Below, piece by piece: positions 23,638 to 32,984 of a DNA stretch of 32,984 nt. The DNA is from Perkinsus olseni. Lineage: Eukaryota. Location of the stretch: positions 1 through 32,984 of the forward strand of contig JABANN010000395.1 in the NCBI GenBank assembly GCA_013115125.1. The letters run 5' to 3'. The notes below the pieces were generated by a model. It was not told the origin of the DNA, ran no database searches, and saw nothing but the letters and a program-made list of their open reading frames with translations. How positions within the stretch are numbered: the stretch's first letter is position 1; each line of letters starts with the position of its first letter. The translations under genes and the position numbers were made by a program.

Positions 23638-25507
23638 TTATAACGGCCTCGACGTCAGCTTCCACAGACCGTCATTCAAGTAATGAATATTCTCAATCGC
23701 AATGCCTTGATTGGTCGATCTCCTGAAACCAACGGGACTGTCGCAAATTCCCAAATTTCCCCTTTTCCGTCAATATTTTGGCTCTTCCCATGTTGCGGGA
23801 ATGAACACGACAGTCCTCCTGCTTGCCACTTGCTGAATTCACCACCTCCAGTACAACTCCTACTATACTGAAAACCGATGAACCCCTATATCTTTTTCTC
23901 ATTCAAAGAGAAATCCAAGATCCCTTTATCGCCCTCTCAAACTACATCTCATCGGCCGACTGCAAAGTCCTTCCAATGGCACAGATGTGTTCCTTCCCCT
24001 CAGCTATGATCGCCTGAGACATGAGAAAAGGTACTCGGAAAAATACTGTCGTAAAAACTAAGAACGCCTCTTCAACATTTTAACGTGGATATTCAAACGA
24101 AACCACGCTCACCGCGTAATATCGTGATCACCACTTCACGCATGCCGCGAGACCTCCCGATGTTCGACATATCATTTCGAATGCAGTTTCAGACGACACA
24201 ACTTCGGTGCATTCCAGCACCCTTTCGATACTTCCATCGGGGGGCAAAAACAGTTGGACCGATCAGAAATCCACATCACGATGACTATTACAACTATCTG
24301 GTCCTTCTCCAGATGCTGCGGGAGAGCGCCTCCTGGACTCGTTAAGCCGGGCGTCATTATATTAGCGCCTAAACATGACAACAAAAAAGGGAAAAGGTCA
24401 ATAACAAATACCCTCCAAGTTCTTCTCTCGAAAACTATCCTACGGGTGGGCGACCATCTCTACACAGTTCACCGCAAGTCACCGAATCCATCTTCGGACC
24501 CGATTGACCAGCAGCTTGTGATGATGATGGTGGTGACAACTTACTCGAGACAGAGAATCCAATGAAGGGCTTGCCTGGCTCGATCGGAGTTTCATTTTCA
24601 TGTGAGCCTTGGTCTAGTAGTTTCCAAGTTCATCACAATTACGCTGGAATTTCCGGGAGGAAAATTGCAAGTCACTACCTTTCAATACAAACCGGATTGC
24701 ACCGCGATCAACTCGTACCAACGGCATCATCGTGGGGACTGAAAAGACGACATATATGCGCACGATCACTCATACCGCTCCTTCCCCAACTCCTACATCT
24801 GTGCAAGGTCCTTAGGGTGGGGATCCAGGGACCATCTCTGAGCTGGAAGAACAAGACTTCGCCATTAACGGCAAACATCTGAACGTGGTCCTTGCTGAAA
24901 AAAGGCAGCAAGAACATCATCAACAACGAATCACCCAAGGGATGCAGCTCAGTGATGTGACACCGTTCTGACCACAATTTCCCATGCGATCAACAACCGT
25001 CAATTGCATCTCCGATGGAATACCATTCATCCCAATATTCTACTTTCTGACACCTCTAGCTGTGAATTCACAAGTCATTCGTCATTCCCTAACAGACTTC
25101 TCTTTGTCCCACACACTTCCTAACGAATCGAACGAGCGACTTCTATTCCATCACTATAATTTTCTACGAGTTTTCTGACACCTCTAGCTACACATTCAAC
25201 TGCTATCAGCCTTCCCAGCTCAACACCTGCTGTAATTTCCTCCCCGCACTCTCTAACGAGTGGTTATCTTTCAAACACTTCCGACACCATCAACGGAAAT
25301 TTCCTACGAATTTTCTGACACCTCTAGCTACGCCCCCAAGCCTTACCATTTCACCAAAACATTCTGAGCTTTCTTAGGAAAGAGACCAGGCGCGCATTCT
25401 TCCATCCGTGGATAGTCTTCCACTACGCTGGACTTCACGCCTCGAGCGACTGACGACTTGGCCTGATTCTGCGTCGAGATATCGCTCTCTGTGAAAGACT
25501 TGAACAT
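23638..25507 (-). CDS. MCTS1: MCTS1/Tma20 translation re-initiation and ribosome recycling factor (PUA domain)
   Basis: Six GT-AG exons (25347-25507, 24797-24894, 24679-24738, 24292-24368, 23946-24013, 23638-23722) total 549 nt, or 182 aa: [90 protein letters not shown]. All splice phases are consistent. Confidence 0.95.
25044..25329. repeat. Degenerate tandem array with an exact 18-bp core x3, in MCTS1 intron 1
   Basis: tttctgacacctctagct at 25044-25061, 25172-25189 and 25312-25329 (periods 128 and 140). An exact reverse complement lies at 21356-21373. Confidence 0.9.
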
Positions 25508-26097
25508 GATAGACAATAAGTAACGAACTGCGGAAGGAGCAGGGACGTGTGGGAGAGTTGTCAAATGGTGGCATTGTGTTGGCGTGAACCACCATCTATG
25601 AGTCGATCAGCACCATCACTCGCACTTGAATTATACCACACGGAACAAGAGGTGACGTGTGATGCTAGTAGTAAGGATGAGAATGGTATCCCTCCTCATA
25701 TGCGTTGACTGCCTGAGAGCGGGTCTCATATCAGACACATCCCCCGAGCATGAACTGGAGATCCGTTCGCTCAAAACGTGGAGCTTTCTCAGCTGCTCAC
25801 AACGGCTCCAAGAGAGTTCTCGTCATCAGCCCCTTGTCGAGGGCTTGCACGCCCACTTCGAGCACATATCCCGAATTTTCATATATCACCATTCGTCCAC
25901 GACCTAGTGTGCGGGCCCAGAGCGCCCCCATCAAAACGGAGATCCTCCCACGGGCATAGCACACCTTGTCAGACTCATACGATGAGATGAAGGAAACCTC
26001 ATAGTCACCTCCGTCCACGAACCAAGGAGCCACCTCAAAATCAACTCTCCTCTCCCACAGAAACTGTACGGCGACACCATTGAGCATGCTACAGACC

Positions 26098-26477
26098 TCA
26101 CTCGAAGTTCTCAACATCACTCGGTGGGAGAATACCGGCGTCTCGAGCATCTCGTATTAGCTCCATCAGCTCAGCGCGTTCCCTCTGTGAAAAAATTATT
26201 CAGAGGAGAGCTGGGTTGGAGTTATTACCTCTTTTTTCACGTAGTGCAGCCACGCTCGATGGACGGATTCGTTCCAAGAGCTTGCCACACTGCCAACCAT
26301 GTAGAAAATTACACCTGAAAATTTACGAAAAATTTGGTATTACACAAAAAAATGAAATTTTCCGATTGGAGAAAACATTGAGTCTCTTCACTTACCGAAT
26401 AGACCAGTCACCGTGACACGCCAACAGAAGTTCCAAAAATACTGCCGACGGATGTAAAAGGCCGCCCAGTTAACCAT
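26098..26477 (-). CDS. Small single-TM hypothetical protein (80 aa from the first ATG; may be 5'-truncated)
   Basis: Three exons with consistent phases (26396-26477, 26241-26314, 26098-26184) give MVNWAAFYIRRQYFWNFCWRVTVTGLFGVIFYMVGSVASSWNESVHRAWLHYRERAELMELIRDARDAGILPPSDVENFE*. It is absent from the ORF track. Confidence 0.65.
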
Positions 26478-26673
26478 CAGGGAAGAGTGGATAAAGGGCC
26501 TCCTATTGGCTGCGATGAAACTGGCTCACAGGACTACGGCGGCGCCAATGCATCGTGAGAATTAATCGACAGAAAAATGTAAGGTGGTGGGGCCGAACCC
26601 GGGTGATTTGTGCAGCCGCAGCCGGGTGAAGTACAAAATCCAATCCCGTAAGTACGATCCCCGAAAGTGCCTC

Positions 26674-26934
26674 CTTGGACTTTGTACCTTTCCCTTGGAT
26701 TTTGGGAATTACCCGCAGCCGGACTAGGAGTCCGTCGAGAGTTTGCCCGCATCTCATTATCAACAGGAACCACTATGTGGTCATTAGTGCGCAACGATCC
26801 AGCCATGCATAGCACGCGTTCAGTTCTGGTTGGCCCTCCGGCCTTCGCCGTAATCGTCGGCACTTGCGCAGAACTACCTCTACCCAGTGGTGGGTGAGGT
26901 ACACAAAATCCAAGGGAAAGGTACAAAATCCAAG
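26674..26934. repeat. 31-bp inverted repeat pair (30/31 identical) enclosing 199 bp
   Basis: cttggactttgtacctttcccttggattttg (26674-26704) pairs with caaaatccaagggaaaggtacaaaatccaag (26904-26934). Confidence 0.95.
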
Positions 26935-26974
26935 AAAGCGCGTGCGGCAGGGTGGGCTTCCCTGGGAGGCAAAG

Positions 26975-28319
26975 TCAACAGAAAAAAACCCTGAACTGCG
27001 GGCTCGTTCCTAGCTCAATCGTGTAGCCTATGAAACGAAGGCTCTGCGAGCCGTAGAGGCACTTTCGCCACGAGATCTTCAGACCGATTAGGGGGAGGAT
27101 TAGGAGAAGCTTGACTAGCAGCGGGAAGTAGCCTTCCGTTGGAAGCAGCCATATGGCGTCGTCGATGTAAATCAGGCCCCGTGAGACATCAGCCAATTCA
27201 GCCACGCCGAGCGAGATTTCCGCAAGCCGATGCTGGATGCGGAGAGACTTGCTTGAGAGCCTACAGAAGTTCCAGCAGGAACTGGGGGCCCCAAAGGGCA
27301 TAGCTAGATTCTCGTAGAAACAGTTGCCCGCTCGCAACGAGCACAGCGGGCGTTCCCTCTCACAAATGAAAAGCTGGCGGTAGGCCCCTTCGAAGTCCGT
27401 GACGGCCCCGGTATAGCGCTTGAGGGTGCCGGCCTCGTCAAAGATCACTCTTTGGGCTAGTTGCCTGAGGTCGCCGATCGATGGGAGCTGGACCTGTTCG
27501 TGGAGGTGGATGAGCTGGTTGCAACCGCTCCTCTTCAGGTCCTCCACCAGCCGATAAGCGGTTGGGGTTCCGTTTCTCGTCTCTCCGTTTCGGTATGGTC
27601 GCCAGTTTGCTGTACAGCCTACTGGGGCTGTGTAGCTCGTGCGTGGCCAGTTTTCTGATCTTCCCGGCTTTGAGCTCCGACTGGATGGTCTCCTCCACCG
27701 CCTGAGCGGCGTCGCGCGCGCTGATGTAGTTTTTGTACAGTGGATTTCTGCACGGAGGATATTCCTCCTTGGGCTTGCACTGCTCTTTGGGAGGGAAGAC
27801 TCCGGAAGACGAGAGCTCAGTCAGGGCTCCCATCGAGATGCCACGGTCGACTTCTTCCGCCAGTGATTCATCTCGGCCTTCGTCGAAGAGCTGGCTGAGT
27901 AGCCGTATCATGTCGGGATACAGAGGGCCTCCGATGCTGGCAGTGGCGGTGTGATATCCAGGGAAGGCCCTTGATAGGGAGTCACGTAGCTCGTCTGCGG
28001 CTCCGGTGAACGAGTTGTCGATGTGCACAATAAACTCGTCCCTTATGGCCCCTGATGGACTGAGGCTCGCGCGTAAGTTGTCGGCCAGCTGCCACTTTTG
28101 GGCTATCCCATCGATGATACCGTAGGCCCTTAGTTCATCACGGGCCGCGGGCTTGACATCAGATGTATTTTTGGCTGATGGGAGCCTGGCCGATATCCCA
28201 GTGTCATCCTGATAACCCGCTGGGGTGTCCGCTTCTTGCTCGCGCAGTTCGGCGCATCTTCCCCGAGGCGTATTCCGGACTGGCCCTGTATCTGAGGGCA
28301 GGAGCCATGTGTGGGTGAC
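26975..28319 (-). pseudogene. Reverse transcriptase (pol) of the DIRS/Ngaro-like element, with one frameshift and 3'-truncated
   Basis: NYISA..IQSELKAGKI..IPK, then a frameshift at ~27574, then YRLVEDL..DFEGAYRQL..MPFGAPSSCWNF..YIDD (27158-27169)..GLKISWRK..LRFIGYTI. Confidence 0.88.
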
Positions 28320-29721
28320 TTAGCAACGCAGAGCGGGCGATCCGCACGGAAACGGGGGTGCAACAGTTGCACTGCAGCTGACTTCCGATAACTTATCGGG
28401 AATGGACGCTCGCCGGCTACTCACCCTTAGGCTTGCGGTTGCCCTCTGACGAGGAGGGCGTGTCCTTATGAGAAGTGTTGTCTTCGCATCGTGCTGCTGG
28501 CGGTCGTACGGCTCGGACCTCTGACCACTTGCGAGCCTTTGGCGCTTCTGCTCCTGAACGTCGCGGACGAAGCGGCAGGAGTTGCCCCGACGACAGTTGC
28601 CGCGCAAGAAGTGGTGGCAAAGGTCGTTGGACTTCTTCTGGGTCTTGGCGGCCTTGCTGTCATTACTCTTCTTCGCCCCTGCCGCAGCCGCCATTGCCGC
28701 CATAGCCAGGGTGCTAGAGAGAACTGTAGGGGCCACATCTCATCTCTTGTGAGGGCGTCGGAGAGGGTGGTGGACTCGGCGGCCGCTATCATGACGGCGA
28801 TTCGCCTGCGGTAGTCGCTGTCGTATTGGACTAGGTGGTCCATCGTCAAGGGAGTCAGCAGGTCAGCCAGCCTGCGCCAGTAGATGATGAGATCGACGAG
28901 ACTGGCGCCACGGCCAGGATCGTTGCCGTCGGATGCCATGGGGTGGAGGGTGCAAAGCATCATCGCCCAACGCATGAAGCAGACCAAGTACTCAGAGAAA
29001 TCGCGAGCCTTACCTCTCGGAGCCTCCTCTTCCGCGACCAACTGCTTGTTGTTCTCAGATATGTTGTTGAAGGTGCTGCGGTTTGCGGTCTTCGACTCGA
29101 GCTTCGGTTGGGGTGCAAGTCCATGAGGTCCATAGTCAGTGCCTCGTCGAGTTTCTTCATCTTGGCGAGGACGCTGGTCCTCGACGATATAAGAGAGGCA
29201 TCGGGAGAGGAGCCGTACCTTCGCGTCATATTGGCCAGCAGGCCAGAGAGCTCAACCATGCCAACCTTCTCCGGGCTATCGTGGACCGCCGTAGCCCTCT
29301 GACACAGGACTCCCCATATGATCTGATCGGTGACCGCTAGCGAGTTGGTGATAGCATTGCATACGGCCTCCTGTTTAGCGGTCGTGGCCAGTATCTCGAC
29401 CGTGGTTACCCCGAGCCGTGAGCAGAGGTCAAGGACGCGCCTGAGTGGCTCCGCGTCAAGGCCAGTGGTGAGTCTGAGTAGGTCGTCACCGATCGGCTCC
29501 GCACGGCCGCCGCCGGCGAGCACTGGCACGTTGCCATTGCCGTTGTTGCCACCGTTGTTAGGCCTATTGTTGCCGCCATTGTTGTCGACATTATCGCCGC
29601 CGCCGCCGTTGTTGTCGTTGCCATGGTTGTTGCCGTTGTTGTTATCATGGCGGTTGCCGTTGACGAGGCCATTGTTGTTGCCGCCGTTGTTGCCACCATT
29701 GTCGCCGAGAAGTTGATCCAT
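28320..29721 (-). pseudogene. Gag-like ORF1 of the DIRS/Ngaro-like element, in three frames
   Basis: ATG at 29721 (MDQLLGDNGGNN..), then an Asn/Gly tract, a helical core with YDSDYRRRIA, and the finger CHHFLRGNCRRGNSCRFVR at 28563-28619. Frame changes occur near 29110 and near 28676-28740. Confidence 0.7.
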
Positions 29722-29934
29722 GTGAAGGTGCAAGGGTCGTATACTGACAGTGGTGCACTCTCTTGACACTTACAGCGTTTGAGATTACCCGAGTTCACTT
29801 TCTCTACTCAACAAGAGAGAATTAGTGGACAGCAACAACACAACGGCATGAAGCTAGCCTTCTCTTGATAGACATCACAGAGGCAGAGGGTATCTGAAGG
29901 CACATGATACAGTACATAGACGCGTTAGGAAGGC

Positions 29935-31140
29935 CTACCATAGCGAAAGAGGGGATATAGATTGATGAAAGATAGAGAAGAAAGCGTCTAGAAAGTGTCG
30001 TTCCCTTCTCAAGGTGAAAGTGTAACGTAAACTGCTGCCCGGAATCCATACGACCAGACTCAATTTCCCTCGCTGATGAACCGGGCATATGCGAAAATTA
30101 TCTATCCCTATACGCAGGACCACCATGCCGTTCTCTGAGGACGCCCCCAAGCGACCGTAGTAAGTTCTCTTAACCAGTGGGTATGGCTGTTCGTTGTTCT
30201 GTAGCCTAGGGCGCAGACAGTTCTGGTCATCCCTTTCATCAGTAACCCATTCAAGTTGGTCCAAGACAACCGGCCTCTCACCCGCGAGAGTCAGGGCGCC
30301 ATATCTTCGGTTGTCACTCGGGACGGTTGAGATGCTCACACGAGCGAAGGAAGTTTCCTCCTCAACGTAGTGGCCATCTTCTATGAAATCCGATAGGAGG
30401 CCAGCAGTAACGGGTATGAGGTCCCCATCGACCGACCTCTCATGTCCAGAAGGTGAACCTTCATCAGAACCCATGCCATCGGAGTCGTGCTTTCTCTTGC
30501 GAGTTTTCACGTTTTCGGTGGAGCTCCTCCCAGCCGAATCCGAGGTTGACCCAACTCTTGTAAGGGTGAGATAGTTCTCGCAACCAACCGGGCGATCCCC
30601 CTTTCGCCTAGGTTGCAAGCAAACCGACACTTCCTGATCCTTCGCCTCTTTACAGAAGAAAAGCTCCGACACTTTCCTGGCATAGGGCCCGCTCGTTCGC
30701 CGCAGCCCGTACATGAAGAAGGCGAACTCAGAACTCAGAGATTTCCCGAAGGAAAAACAATCGCTATGCTTGAACAGCTTGCTGCCGACGAAGAATACGC
30801 CCTTGGCGCTCATGTACCACTTCAAAGGTTCACTCTGACTCATATTTATGTTCTGTCCATTCAGAATGGCAGCGATTTGCCCGTGTTGCCCTTCGGAGGT
30901 CTTCGTCACATTCAACTCGAAAGACGAAAGATTCGGGAGAACCTCGCAGACGCGGCCGTCATCGCGAAGAGTAGCTTGGTAGATGCCTGAGGGTAGATCC
31001 CATTCCCATACTTGATGCGCTGCGGACCGGGACTCGTCGTCATCCCTGTCGAGCGCAAGATCTAAAGTGGCGGGTATCAGGCTGTTCAAGGCCAGTGAGG
31101 GGTATGTGGGGAGGATCCAGGGTATGAAGGCGGATTTCAT
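29935..31140 (-). CDS. Intact, divergent member of the two-domain hypothetical family
   Basis: Uninterrupted ORF with a likely start MKSAFIPWIL at 31140. LPSGIYQATLRDDGRVCEVLPNLSSFELNV aligns with LPAGTYKAVKQNGGGVCPELPDLIDFEMVV. It has a basic linker (KTRKRKH), a second domain starting IEDGHY, and the C-terminal FRICPVHQRGKLSLVV, which aligns with FRICHQERGELVLIF. Confidence 0.75.
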   Translation of the reverse strand: MKSAFIPWILPTYPSLALNSLIPATLDLALDRDDDESRSAAHQVWEWDLPSGIYQATLRDDGRVCEVLPNLSSFELNVTKTSEGQHGQIAAILNGQNINMSQSEPLKWYMSAKGVFFVGSKLFKHSDCFSFGKSLSSEFAFFMYGLRRTSGPYARKVSELFFCKEAKDQEVSVCLQPRRKGDRPVGCENYLTLTRVGSTSDSAGRSSTENVKTRKRKHDSDGMGSDEGSPSGHERSVDGDLIPVTAGLLSDFIEDGHYVEEETSFARVSISTVPSDNRRYGALTLAGERPVVLDQLEWVTDERDDQNCLRPRLQNNEQPYPLVKRTYYGRLGASSENGMVVLRIGIDNFRICPVHQRGKLSLVVWIPGSSLRYTFTLRRERHFLDAFFSIFHQSISPLSLW

Positions 31141-31249
31141 AATGAGGGGTCCACCACAACTGGAAACTGACGAGATGATAGTAACAGGAGGATACCAGTA
31201 GTCACGTTTCCAGAGCAATATGAACTTGTAAGTCCCCGCCGATCGTCAC

Positions 31250-32670
31250 ACTAAGGATGTTCTCTCACGAGTGACAGCCTACTGTTGTAGTGATTTTTGT
31301 TCATGTCGCAAATCGTGGTGGACGGAAATTTTCCTTTCTGCATCGCGCTCAACTTTCCCCAATTCAAGCTGGAAACACGGCCGAGTCGGCCGGGCCGACA
31401 CTTCGTGCAGGTTGATTTTGATTTGTCCCAAGACTTTGGTACCACAGTACGCAACCATGTAGATGAACGCAACGCAGAATGATCAGTGATCATTATTGGA
31501 GGACATAATAAGCATGATATCATCACAACGTTCGCAACCTAATGCGAAAACAACAACGTTAATAAATACCCTGTGCAAATTCGTAACACCTCCAGCGTAA
31601 AAAGGAAGGTACAACTTTCGGCAGAAATATAGAGTAAAAGAACTCATAGATAGCGAGATGACGACCGTTAAACGAGGCGAGTTCCACATTTGTGAGATAT
31701 CGGTGACGTCCGAAGTGGCCGTAACCAATGTCTGTAATGGGATAGAAGTCAACCTCACAAGATGTGAGACGCATCTCGAAGCCTTCAACTTCAAATTCTT
31801 CTCTTTTTGGACTCATCGGTACGCTCTTGTGACGATGAGCGTTCTGAAACACAGTAGCTTCGAGTCACCAGAATCGACTCGGACGGGCTCACTGAGATCA
31901 CGACTTTGCTTCATCAGACTCGAACCTTGTTCGTCTGTCGGTGGCAGTCCCTCCGGGGCATGCGCACGGCTTATGTTTGCCGGGGGGAGTTTGAGTTGGT
32001 CGTATCTCTGTCGTATCTGTTGACTGTCATCAACAAGGCAGCGAAGAGTTGCTCAGCCGAGCTTACGGTGGAGGGTCGGCAACTGGATTATCCAGCCTCA
32101 GCTTGCAGCTGAGAGGCTTTGCAATTCAAAGTTTGAATGAAAAAGGAACGTTTGAAACGGTATGACTCCTAAACGAACGTGTTGGTATTCCCGGATAGTG
32201 AGCACTATACCGGACAGAGAAAGACAGGATATCGATTTCAACGTATGTGAGCATTCTACAAATGTTGATAGGCTGTTCCAGGCGGCATTGTGCATGGAAG
32301 CTCGAAAAAAAGATGGAAATGATATCCTCGGGCGGCCAACAACGAGGAGGAAATGGGCGCCGAGCGTAGAAAAATCAGATCGTCTTTCAAAAATATCTCT
32401 GTCCCCAAACAAAGATTCTAAAGTGCAGTGCAACGAGGCAGCTTCAAGGACAAGTTTGTACACTTAGCTTAGAAAGAGAGTGAATGATGGAAAAATATCG
32501 TGAATTGTAAATATCTTGGTCAGCTGAACGGGTCCTTGGCATTGTGCGGGACTTACTACCAAGTACTCATGTTCGATCATCGTGGGAGGGCCGAGCGCCA
32601 AAGCTAGCTAGCGAGTGACGCTTGACCGCGTTACAACGCCATCATCAGGAGAGGCACGGCTTTCCATTTC
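31250..32670 (-). pseudogene. Possible degraded coding relic of unknown family
   Basis: Coding-like fragments occur in shifting frames (LRCLVDDSQQIRQRYDQLKLPP; YGHFGRHRYLTNVEL; RPTRPCFQLELGK) with multiple stops. I could not build a model. Confidence 0.2.
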
Positions 32671-32880
32671 AGGACAAAACGCTGCGTCGGAGTCTTTCGG
32701 TGAGTTCAAGTGATCCTCCATTCGACCATACATGAGTTGAGTGTGAAATTCACTTTTCCAATATTCATCTTGTTTCTCGGACTGCACACGCTGAGCTGAG
32801 ACGAGACTCAGGCTGCGCTGCCGAGTTATAGATATTTGGTCGACAGAGTCGACCCCGATCTCGATCTCTTATTCATATCT

Positions 32881-32984
32881 CCAATTGAAGTTCAATTGGG
32901 TTTGGCCACTGGGAAAATGGGAAATTTTTCCCCAGGGAATTTCCGGGAAATATTTCCCTTGGGAAAAATCCCGGGTTTTTCCCT
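32881..32984. repeat. Palindrome followed by a GGGAAA/TTTCCC self-complementary low-complexity tract running off the window
   Basis: ccaattgaa-g-ttcaattgg (32881-32899), then gggaaaatgggaaattttttcccagggaatttccgggaaatatttccc... Confidence 0.7.

Larger units (their letters stand above)
26600..29800 (-). mobile_element. Truncated DIRS/Ngaro-like (tyrosine-recombinase class) retrotransposon
   Basis: Intronless, GC-richer block. It has a Gag-like region with YDSDYRRRIA and a C-x7-C-x5-C finger, followed by a DIRS-type RT. No RNase H or tyrosine recombinase is seen. Boundaries are approximate. Confidence 0.8.

Noticed and set aside
25044..25329. CRISPR-like repeat-spacer pattern
   Set aside because: The core is only 18 bp, the spacers are over 100 bp and related to each other, it lies in a eukaryotic intron, and there are no cas genes.
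25797..26150. 117-aa minus-strand ORF as a separate gene
   Set aside because: It overlaps the last exon of the 80-aa gene in another frame and runs into its probable 3' UTR. No motif was recognised.

Overview
This is eukaryotic, intron-rich DNA with GT-AG introns, not a prokaryotic locus. The gene content and a lineage-specific 'LPxGxY' two-domain family suggest a perkinsid alveolate (Perkinsus-like), which is an inference. Every gene I can model lies on the minus strand. 177-4810: two disrupted tandem paralogs of a hypothetical two-domain family plus a third fragment, with a shared hairpin-rich upstream block. 5384-11056: a multi-exon Der/EngA double GTPase with a long acidic linker. About 11800-16800: decayed transposon relics (Ty3/Gypsy-like, possibly also KDZ-like). 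17085-19023: a putative mitochondrial RRM-like protein. 19377-23340: a DNAJC8/Spf31-like J-protein. 23638-25507: MCTS1/Tma20 (6 exons, 182 aa). 26098-26477: a small 3-exon, single-TM protein. About 26600-29800: a truncated DIRS/Ngaro-like retroelement with an Asn/Gly-rich Gag, a CCCH finger and an RT with YIDD. It has no visible RNase H or tyrosine recombinase, carries a 31-bp inverted repeat at its 3' end, and has a single in-frame TAA between gag and pol. 29935-31140: an intact third member of the two-domain family. I found no CRISPR array, rRNA or tRNA. Exon models were read by eye and need RNA-seq confirmation.
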